From the NCBI GenBank assembly GCA_015680685.1, contig MNCI01002485.1, positions 1,060,033 to 1,124,032 on the forward strand: a stretch of 64,000 nucleotides of DNA, written 5' to 3'. The notes beneath the pieces are model-generated. The model made no database searches. It saw nothing but the letters and a program-made list of their open reading frames with translations, and had not been told where the DNA came from. Numbering within the stretch: the first letter of the stretch is position 1; each line of letters begins with the position of its first letter. This DNA comes from Gnetum montanum. Taxonomy: Eukaryota; Plantae; Gnetophyta. Shown piece after piece: positions 53,386 through 64,000 of the stretch. A program made the translations under genes and the position numbers.

Positions 53386-54899
53386 ACTCAGTCCCCTTCC
53401 CTAAAAATTTGAATAAATTAAGAAAATTTAAAATGTTAACTACCCTTTCAAGATTCTAGGCCATGCTAATGTTGTAGATGTCTTTGCAACACATAGCCAC
53501 ATCACACCAATACTATAAAATCTAACTAACAATGACATACCACTTACAAATCCCTCAATGTAAAAAAATAGGAACAAAGGTAAAATATTACTTTATATAT
53601 GTCCAACATGCATACCTACATAGACCGTGGTTGTGATCATAGCATACCAACTATACATAGGCATGGCATGCCATTTCTTGTCATGGGTTACCACAAGTGA
53701 TTCTTTTCTTTCATCTCATGAAATATCTTTTTTAAAAAAGATATGATTAATCATCAACATAAAAACATACACCTCGGTGTGCACAAGGAATCCTAGGCTA
53801 CCATAGCAAGCTTCTACTCACTAGAACTAACATTAATCTATCTTGCTACAAGATGTCCTTCCCATCATCATGATTGTTCTTAATCTATTCTATATCCTTC
53901 TCCTTGTTCCTAATATATCACAACCAATCAAAAAATTCTTGAATTTTCACACATACATCATAACCTTTTTATTTATGCCTTTGTTCTGACATCATTGATC
54001 CATACCACATACTTTGTTACCAGAACACATAGATGTGTCAGGATCACTATTGTAGGCACTACTTTGCATATTTAGATAGCTATATCTATTTTACTCTATG
54101 TCTCTATATCTATTAAAATGCTTTTTTAGAAATCCTCAAATTCAAAAGTGCAAAAATAAAAAAAGTTGATGCAAAAAGTAACTTAGCTTAGCTTTGCTGG
54201 TCTGACTATAGACTCCTTTCTTGTGTTCTCTTCTTCTTGCCAATGTACCTCTTGGTAATATCCACCTTGCTCTTTATGACATCCTCTACTCTTTATCTTC
54301 GCTTCATGAAATGTCATTCTTTCCAATAAAAATGAATTCTAAGGTAAATTATACTTGGAAAAATAATAAAAATAATAAGGTTTTTCTCTTATTTCCCCTT
54401 CTTTTATTTTGGTATAAAAATTTTGACTGATGTGATATGATGCATCATATATTAATAGTGGCATAGCATTAATGTCATCACATTAATATCATACATTGTC
54501 CCATCACCTCCCAACCTTGTCACTTGGAAGGTAAAACCAAAATTCCAATTAGCGTTGGATTGTCACAAACTAATCTAAAATATGTTCAATGCATTTCAAA
54601 CCTTTCCAAATGAAATGTAATATTATAATAAATATTAAAACTCATAATTTAATTTAAATTTCATCATAGGTTGCATCAAGCTTATAAATTTTCTAACTCT
54701 TATAGTTCAACTTTCCCTTCATATGATCACGATCTTGCCTTATGCTTTACAAGCCATGGACCTGATCATCCTTAATTAATTACATAAACTACTCACCTTG
54801 GATGAACCTCATAATAAATTTACTAAGTCTCTCATTGAAGAATTGATTGATTTATTTCCTTAAACCTTTATAATCATTAATATGATCCTTAGACATCAT

Positions 54900-57800
54900 T
54901 AAGGAATACTTGATTCCCAAAGATAACCTTATCTTTCTAGATCATGAGCTAGTTCTAACTAATCATTCTCTTATCAACTTGTCCATCATTAACCATAGAA
55001 ACAAAGAAAATATTCTACAACTAGAGGTGCACTTGCTCTAAAACACTTAAGAAATCCATCCTAGTCATAGTACAAAAAAGTTCTATTTCCTTTTCATGAA
55101 CATATGATAATATGTTTGGCTTGAACACATCATTGGTGCAACATAAAATCATCCTTAATAAGGATTCCAGGCTAATTAAATAGAAGACTAGAAAGATAAA
55201 ACTAGACTTATCCTTAGTCATTAAGGTATAGATTAGTAAACTCTACAATTCCAAATTAATCCATTCCATATATTGCCTTAGTTGGATGTTCAACATGGTA
55301 GTCATTCCTAAGAAAAATAATGCCATCAAGATATGCATTGATTTTCATGATCTTAGTCTTGAAAGATGACATCTTGTTAACCAACACAAATCAACCTATA
55401 GATAAAACAACAAGTCATATTTTACTTAGCTTCTTGGAAAATTTCTCAAATTATAACCAAATGTAGATTAACCTCAAGGATTGATATTTTATAAGTTTCA
55501 TGACCCTATGGATAACATTTTGCTACAAAAATATATATTTGGACTTAATAGCACTAAAGCAACATATCAATGAGATATGAAATTTATATTTAGTTATATT
55601 GTATTTAAAACTATTAATACATATGTGGATAATCTTATAGATAAATATGTCATAGGGACTAATCATTCTAATGATCTTGACATATTCCTAGTTCAATGCA
55701 ATCAATATAACATTTACTTAAATTCCAAAAAGTGTATCTTTGATGTAGAAATAGGAAAAATGCTAGGATTCTTAGCTTCAACCAATGGTCTCATAGTAGA
55801 TCTTAACAAAGTCAAAGCAATCCTAGACCTTATTCCATCTAAGTACCTTAAAGACAAGCACATTCTACAATGCTAATTATAATTCATTCATCATTTCATA
55901 TGTAACCCTATCAACCAATTTCATCCTCTATCTCATCTACTTAAGAAATCCATAACTTTTAATTAGGACTCGAAGTATCAATAGGCTTTTGATGTGATCA
56001 AGAATGCCCTTACTAGCCTTCAAATCCTCCATCACCCTTATTTTTAACTTTATTTTCATCTCTATGTCTCTAATTATTATCACTCTATTGTATTCATGAT
56101 TCTCTAATGATGCATAGATGATGTAGATCTTCTTATCTACTATATGTATTATTTCGTTTCTAACTATTAATTATGATACATAGATACAAAAAAATCTTGC
56201 TTAGACCTTTTCTTTGCTCTCAAGAAATGAAGGCTCTATCTACTAGAGGCAAAGATTTATATCATATGCGAAAATAATGTCTTGTAATCCATAATTTTCA
56301 ATCCTTATGATAACAATTGCATGAAAAAATAAAAGATACTCCTTACCAATGTTGACCTATCCTACCTTTCTTAACACTCTATTAAGCACTAAGTCATAGT
56401 AAATCTCCTCACCTTTGCCCCATTGTTTGAATAATCTAGTGTAACCATTCAACATCATCTTAAGAAATCAAGTATAAATAAAATTTCTCTTACTTCAATC
56501 GTAACATTAATTCATGAAGATTTCAATTGACAATTGGATTATGTTCACATGACTCAAGGTACTAGTATCACTCATTTTCTTCATCACAAAGGAATAGAGC
56601 CTATCTATCAAACATATAAATTTTATTTTCCATGAATGAATAACATGGCTAAATATGAGGGTCTTAATTAAGGTTTTCTACTAATAATCCTATTAGGAAC
56701 CAAAAGGCTTTTGATTTATGGTAATTCTTAATTATTCATATTCTAAGTAAATAATAAATATTCTTGCAAAGCTAAGTACTTTCAATATTATTTTAACTTG
56801 GTTAGAAAAATTTTCTCTTAGTTTAATGAATATTTACTTAAGCATATCCACTAATTAGATAATATGCTTATCAATGCTTTAGACATGTTTTCTCTTCTTA
56901 TGGATCATGATTTTCTTAAAGATTATTTATGTCACTTAAGATAAGATCCACCTATAACTCTCATAAATATACAACACATTATCTTACTTAACTTAGTAGA
57001 AGATGAAAAATACTAAGATATTATACAATACTTGAAACATAGAAAATCTCCTAAAAATTTATGTTTAATTAAAAAAGGATTTTCTCCATAAATGTTCTAA
57101 ACATTTTTTACATTATAGATCCCCATATTTTATGTCTTATATTCACATTATATGTTCTTATATGTTCTCTAAATCATGATGAAGTGCAAATAGTCCTAGA
57201 ACAAGAAAATTTAGGTGTATGTGATGGATGCTTTGTATCATAGTTTGTCATAGATCATATTATCACACTAGGTTATTGGTGGCCCATGATGTCTAGAGAT
57301 GTGGATATGATAGTTAAAATTTATGATTCATGTCAACATCATTCTTAGCTTATTCATGTACCATCTCAAGCATTTTCAACTTTGAAAATTATATGGTCTC
57401 TCTAGAAATAAGGGTTGGATCTTATATGTTCTATTAATCCCACATCTTCTACTCATCATCAATTCATTCTAATAGCTATAGAGTAATTCACCAAGTAGGT
57501 TGAAGCCATTTCTTTAAAATTTGCAACATCCAAGTATATTTTCCACTCTATTCTATATCACATCATCACCTACTTTGGTATTCCACTCCATATTATTATT
57601 GATAATGAATCTCAGGAATAAATAAGTTATTAAATTTTTTAATTAGTATCAAATCATCTAGTCATTCTCATGTCCATACTATCCCAAATCTAATGACCAA
57701 GCTGAATCAACAAATAAATCCATTGTTTCTTACTCAAAACCATGATTAAAAGATATTAATGAAACTAGAATACTTAGATATGTCATACCCTTTGATTCTA

Positions 57801-58247
57801 CCAAACCACTTTTGGAAATATAACTCAAAAAATCTCATTGATGCTTATCTATGAGTTAGAAGAAATATTATTGGTAGATCTAGACATGTCTTCTATTCGA
57901 ATGTCCTTGAAAAATTAATGATAGATGAGAAAAATGACAAAATATATTATGCTAAGCTAGATATACTTAAATAAAATTATAAGAAAGTAGAAATTTAAAT
58001 CCAAAATCATCAAGAATTCATGTATCATTAGTATGACAAGCATGTTAGACTAAGGAAGATCAAATAAAGTGAATTTCTCCTGCAACATTTTCTTAATGCT
58101 AAGATATCCAATTTCTATTCAAACTGGTAGGATTCATTTCACATTTTAATAACCTTGATAATGTAGCATATGTTTTGATAGATTCAGGAAGAAATTAATA
58201 CATTGTTCCTATAAATAGAACATATCTCAAGAGGTACTACATTTGAT
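54900..58247 (+). pseudogene. pol: Tat/Ogre-lineage pol: RT, RNase H, second archaeal-type RNase H, integrase; very degenerate
   Basis: WMFNMVVIPKKNNAIKICIDFHDL; YVDN (YVDD) ~55622; LNSKKCIFDVEIGKMLGF; aRH YKFYFP*MNNMAKYEGL ~56615-56665; INT LGYWWPMM, FTK*VEAI, PYYPKSNDQAESTNK. Confidence 0.88.
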
Positions 58248-61200
58248 GTTTAAGAAAAGAAAAAAACTAAAAATTATTAAGTTTTCTCTAATCTTTACCT
58301 ATAAGTTTTATTTTATTTGATTATATTATATACAATTATGATGAATCATTTATTGGGAATTTGAATGTGAATTGTAAGCCCCAGATCTAGGAAGTATTTT
58401 GAACACACTGTGTTAATAGTCTAGCACATCCAATAGAGGTGATTAACTAACTAAGATGTATCCTTTCCTTATGGATCATACACTAAGATTTCATCCATTA
58501 TTTTAGGCTCTTTAAAATGATTTTGAATTTATTTGTATGTCATAGAGCCCTTTTAGCATGTCTCCTTAGGTTTTGACTTGTACTTAGACCCAAAATATGA
58601 AGTGTGATTCTTTGGGGTGTGCATTGACTACTCTACATTAGCACACCCCATACATCAACATAAGAATGCTGAGATATCTCCTTGTAGGCCTAGTTTTCTT
58701 GTCTTCATCTCTTCAGTTCTCAAGTATCTTAGGTTTAGGTAGGCTATGTTGACAAGCCTTTGTTGAAACCAAGGTGCTAACAAACATTCTCTATTCCTAA
58801 ACAAAAAGTATAAATATTTGAGATAAGGTTTTTTACATAAGACGTTAATAGTTAGCTATTTACATAATAAGTTGATTTCCTTCTATTTTTGTGTGTTTTA
58901 ATTCATCTCTTTCGCAAGTACATATATCCTCTATCAAAGTGCTATCATGTTTACATTTCCTAGAATTTTTTTGTGGATGTAGAGTCAATTGTTTACATGG
59001 TGAATAAAGCTTATGATTTTTTCATCATTTTTCCATTGATGCCTTAAACATTAAAATACCAAAAATATTATAAAACATTAAAACCACAAAAATGTTCCTT
59101 GAATTCTCATTTTCATAATATCCAATGATTCAACCTTACCCAAGGATGTTACAACTATACGACATGATGTTGGGCCATTGAAGTTGTCAGTAAGAGCTAA
59201 TTTTATTACATATCTTATATGGTGTTATACATATCCCTTGAGGGATTGCAACACATGTAAGTATGTGTGAGCATTTCACCTATCTCAAAGATGGACTGTA
59301 ATGCATGTGTATTTATTATTATTTTATTTTTTATTATTATAAAATACATAAAAATCAAAAAATATAAAACTATATATATTCTCTTCTCCTTTCCAACATG
59401 GAAACATGAGTTTTAATTGTATCATATATGTTATAGTATCTTATAAATTTTTTTAAATGTAATGATATACACAAGAATTCTTAGCAATCTACTCAATGCC
59501 ATGTTTAAAGCTTATGGCTAAATTTCACCACAATTTGAATGATATATCCCTTGGTCTAAAATTGGTGGAACCCCTATCATTGGTATTTTTGCTAGGAAAG
59601 GTGTTGGTGAATTACTTGGAATACTTGTACAATCTTGATTTTAACCCTTATTTCAAACTAGTGTGTATTTCTTAGTATTATGTATAGGTTTTGAACACAA
59701 GAAAAATGTAAGATGATGGTAAGAGCCAACCAAATACCTTAGACAAAGTACCAAAATGATAGTAGGCTTCTATTCTATTCGAACATGTAGATGATCTAGC
59801 TTTACCACTAGTTGTCTTAACTTATTATGAGGATAAGCACGGGAGGTGACATAACATTCATGGATATTTTAGAAGGAAACCAATCATAGTTGCTACATCA
59901 AATCTTAAAGAGACCTTGATCAATATTGGGTTGTAGAAATTTTGCACATTCTATGTGACTTTAGAGCCATACTTCAATGATTATGAGCCTGTTTTCATAG
60001 CATGTTCAGGATAATAGGATCAAATGCATCAACATGGTCAATGTTTCATTATACAAAGGGTATAATAGTGATGATTGCCAACTTCAGGTGTAAGCATTTG
60101 ATAATTTTTGTTATCTATAAAGGATCATTATTGATTGGACAAAGTTATAGTTATTTCTCTATACTTTCATTGATCAAGTAAAAACTTGGTAAAAATACTT
60201 TCTAAGTCAATTCATGCATGGGTAGACATGATTAAAATATTTTATACCAAATTCTAAACCTATGCCTATATTTCAAACATTTGGAAGGAAATAACTAGAT
60301 GTAGGTAAGTAGCCCATAAATCTCTATACATCACCATGAAGAGATATGTCAAAAAAATCCACTACTATCCAAACCATGGCTTTAGCCAAAAAGAAAAACT
60401 CATGCATATTCTAAAAGGCCTAAGATAGAAGATAAGTGAATGGGTAGATATGTATGCAATGGGTTAGGTACAAAAAAAGTACATGACCCAAATCAAAGCA
60501 CTTCTTGACACTATTGCTAGCATATAGCAATCTTCATAGGAATACAACTACAATTCCATGTATAGAAAAGAGGCTAAAATCATTGAAGGTATAGTTGAAT
60601 CTTCTTTTTTTTTATAAGAACTTGACATGTGATCAAAGAAAAACTCATGAAGCCTTAACATGCTTGGTCCAATGGGTAGACTAAGTTTGGAATGTGATGG
60701 ATGAGAAAATAACCACTACCCTTAAGGACATTGATGGTAGAGTGGTTAAAGTAGTTGAAAAAGTAGTTGTATCATCGAGGTATAGAAAGAAGTAGAAGGG
60801 TAAAGGTAAGGAGAAGCTCTTCTTCTATAAGGATGTAAGAGAAGATTTAGATTAGGCTTCCTCATCCTTTAATGATGAGGATCCTTGTGAGTATTATGTG
60901 GATCCTCATGAATTATAGTGCTATCCAATCATGGTCCACATGATTGATAAAATGGAATGAGCTAGGATGCCCTTGAATTCCAAGTTCATTAGGACATTAA
61001 CAAGGAGGACTTCCTTTTATGGCCTAGTGTATTATCTTAGAGGTGTATGCCCACAAGCCATGCAATAGTACTAGTAATGACCAACTCCAAATATTTGGGA
61101 TGGTTCTTTATGGAATTATTTAATAAAATAATAGATTCTATTTCCTCCAAATCTTTATTTCATTAATCCTTCCTTGCAAGCTCATCATCATAAATAGTAT

Positions 61201-61417
61201 CTTCTATGCCTGATCTCATGAAAGGTGGGATCCCTAGTCAACTACAACCAAGCTACTTCAAATCTTATGATATTTCATAGTATGCTGATCCTACTTTCAC
61301 TTATGTTACTGGGCAATATGACTATGCTACTATCAACTTGATTGTGGAAGAAAATTCAAGATTCCATGGTAGGAGAATTTTTCATAAGCATAGACATGAG
61401 AACTATAGGGTTGATTT
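58248..61417 (+). mobile_element. Long 3' region of the Tat/Ogre-like element, possibly with an accessory ORF (~59700-61300)
   Basis: Follows the integrase end; homologous to 1630-3460; coding-like decayed stretch including KGKGKEK. Confidence 0.45.
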
Positions 61418-61754
61418 TGTTGACCTTTTGGTATGTCAAAATCTTAAGAAAATGGAAAATATATAATGTATGTGTGGGATTATGATTTTGCAAGACATGA
61501 ACAAGAACTTCACAAAGAGATTTTAGAACTCAAGGAAATAAGATCTACATTAAGATTTCAAGATTAAAACTACTTTCGCAAGATGAAAGTAATGATGAAA
61601 ATGAAGTCTACAAATCAAATGAAGATTCTCTAATGACTACCAAGATGACAAATTGACAAGAGAATTCCTTAGACTTGAAAGTTTAAAAATTAAGTAGTCA
61701 TCTTAGAAAAACAATAGATGTCTATCCTCCATAGTAGACATCTCATAGTAGACA
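61418..61754 (+). repeat. 5' start of a Sirevirus-like LTR related to 11294-16936
   Basis: TGTTGACCTTTTGGTATGTCAAAATCTTAAGAAAATGG matches the rc of 16898-16936; GTAGACATCT motifs; interrupted at 61755. Confidence 0.8.
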
Positions 61755-63550
61755 TGATGAGTGATGAGGTACCCCTACACCCAACCATAAAAATCACAAG
61801 CATTCACATGTGATCCGATTGAATTTTATAGACTTTAAGTTCTTAAGTACACTAGTTCTAAGATGTGAAACCTAATCATGGCAATTGTTTTCTTATCAAC
61901 TATACTTATGAAGCTTAATTATATGTTTAAGTATAATTGAGGCACATGATTGTTATTATTTTATATTTTATTTGTCAATGAGTAAGAATAGGTTGAAACT
62001 TAATTTCTAAATCACTTTAATTAATCTAATTGCTAATCAATGACTAACTATCCTAACATAAGTATTCGATCCCACTTTTTGTGCACATCCTGAATGCATA
62101 TAACATTGCTAGGTTACCAAACATTAAGCATTACCGAGGTTACCAAGAGTCATACACATGCTCAAAGAAATCATAATTATGTGCTTAATTAATTAACTAC
62201 TATTGAATCTAATTAGCTTACTTTGGCTTAATTACTTGGAAGCATTAAAGGAAATTGCATGAAACATTAAATGCATACATAAAATATTTAAGCTAGCTAA
62301 GGTGCTACAATGTTTGATCAGAAAGCTCATCTTTATTTTTGCACACACTACCATGCTTAGGTACAATAGTGCTCAAATATATATCTATACAGTCAATGAC
62401 TCCTACTGTAAGCACTTTGGAAAATATTCTAACTTTGAAGAAAAAAAATTGCAAGAGCTCTACTATGCTATGACAAAAACTATATGGAAATCATGTGCTC
62501 AAGTGCTATATTTATAGGTTGGCACATACCCCAAAATATTGGATATTTGACATTGCATCTTGGGGTTCAATATTTGGTATCCGATATTGCAGCTCTGATA
62601 TCACATATCTGATATCAAAGCATAACTAAAAATGATTCATCATACCTCCACAACTAAATAAAAACTTGTCCTTGAGTGAACAAAAGGAGGAACAAGTTCC
62701 TTACAAAATATTGGGTAGGTATGGAATTATTAACTAACATAAAAACTAACTTAGATGGAATAGAAAAATTCAAAGTCCCTGAGTGTATAGATATACAATC
62801 TTTTACAAAATTAGGTGTTCATGACAATAGAAGTGAACACCTTGGGACAAAAGTAACATTAAACTCCTCTAGTACCTGAATAGTAATGGAGAAGAGCCAA
62901 CAATCATGAATAGTCCTCATTGCATGGTGCTACTACATCATCCTTGGTGAAGATAGTTCCATGTCCAGTCCACACTTTTGACTGTAATCACAACAAAATT
63001 GCGAATTAGTGTGTAATGTGTAACATATAGCTTTGAAGTACCTTGTCTCATTGATGGTTGCACTTGGCTAGGCTATGATTATGGTGAATTAATTTCATTA
63101 ATAGTGTTACCAGGAAAATTAAATAATAGGGTGAAATGAATAAGTAATCCATTATTAAATTCGAAAAAGTCCAAACATGATGAAATGCTTGAAGAGGGTT
63201 TAGGAATTCACAATAATAAAAAGAGGATTTGCCTCAATGACGTTATGAAGATGCACATAATTGAATGTTACTGATGGGACATGCAAAAGGATTTGATTGT
63301 GAGAATGTTTAAGGATAAAGAACTTAACCAACCCAACCAAAAGATATGCAAGTGGATCCTTCCCAAAGTAGGCACATGCCTTTTATTGCTATTTCATAAC
63401 TTTAAACTAAGGAGTCTATTGTCCCAATGGATGATTAATGGCTATAGAAAGTTAAGTACAAATACTAGGAAGAAACTATCTAAGAATATTGACACATCAA
63501 ATCAAGACATCAAATAAGAACATGAATGATGAGACCTGAATTGCACATAG
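61755..63550 (-). mobile_element. 3' LTR (61755-62642), PPT and 3' region of a minus-strand Athila-like element (element D)
   Basis: rc of the family LTR end at 61755; rc TTTAGTTGTGGAGGTA at 62643-62658; 3' region homologous to A 25750-26660; 60-nt intron at 62982-63041. Confidence 0.88.
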
Positions 63551-64000
63551 TGCTGGCGGCCGCGTTAAGGTACCCACGTTGTATCCTGGGTCGCGATGTA
63601 TCATGGGCCGCGATATCGCGTATGCGATATCACGTACACGATATCGTGTCTTGCCCACGATATCGCGTACGCGATATCGCAGTCAGCCGCAATTTCTATA
63701 AATAAGAGGCGGCTCTCCCTCATTTCCATCCCAGTTTTAGTGTAGTGAACCTCTGCCAGTTTGATCCCTCCAGAGTTAGAATTTTCCCGTGTCTGCCCAC
63801 AGTGTGGTGAATGTGATTGTACGGTGTCTTTATTCAAGTGTGCCGTACTTGGACACGCACATGACCGGCAATAAAGATCGAGATTACTTCATCATTGCAG
63901 CATTCACTTAGTTTATTTATTGTTATTTATTTCATGTTATTTATTGCTTTCATAGCGCGGTGTAAGTACGACTTGACTACGAGCATCTACGGGTGTGTAC
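63551..64000 (+). mobile_element. Start of a young CpG-rich Athila-like LTR inserted into element D
   Basis: Abrupt switch to CG-rich sequence at TGCTGGCGGCC; GATATCGCGTACGC repeats; CTATAAATAAGAGGCGG TATA; GCAATAAAGATC poly(A)-like signal. Confidence 0.85.

Noticed and set aside
53359-53400. Helitron 3' end at the hairpin
   Set aside because: No CTRR at the expected distance on either strand.
33240-54900. gag-PR (30-33 kb) and pol (55-58 kb) as one interrupted element
   Set aside because: Lineage and orientation are compatible, but no TSD or junction links them and non-TE sequence intervenes; left unresolved.
1-64000. Most 60-130 aa ORFs in the supplied track
   Set aside because: They are fragments or shadow frames of decayed TE genes and LTRs.

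Overview
AT-rich eukaryotic DNA, almost certainly a large, heavily methylated land-plant genome; there are no prokaryotic features and no intact host gene. Most of the window is nested, decayed transposons. (1) An Athila-like Ty3/gypsy family (tRNA-Asp-type PBS) is present as a full gag-pol element (17452-27444, TSD ACAAG), a gag-only element (34897-47965, TSD ATTGA) with a gag+protease element nested in its 5' LTR (35226-42178), a solo LTR (6642-7534, TSD CTATC), a minus-strand 3' end (61755-63550) and a young CpG-rich LTR (63551-end). (2) A pol-less Sirevirus-like copia element (11294-16936, minus). (3) Very old Tat/Ogre-like pieces with a second, archaeal-type RNase H. (4) A probable CACTA TnpA relic. 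Two CpG-retaining, non-TE islands (8140-9430 and 33260-34150) look like exons of a non-coding or pseudogenised host transcript. The most interesting signal is in the region between pol/gag and the 3' LTR. All four Athila-like elements keep a 60-62 nt spliceosomal-type intron there, with identical branch-point spacing. It lies in what looks like a spliced, hydrophobic accessory (env-like) ORF that persists even in elements that have lost pol. Coordinates were counted by eye, and family assignments come from recalled motifs, not database searches.
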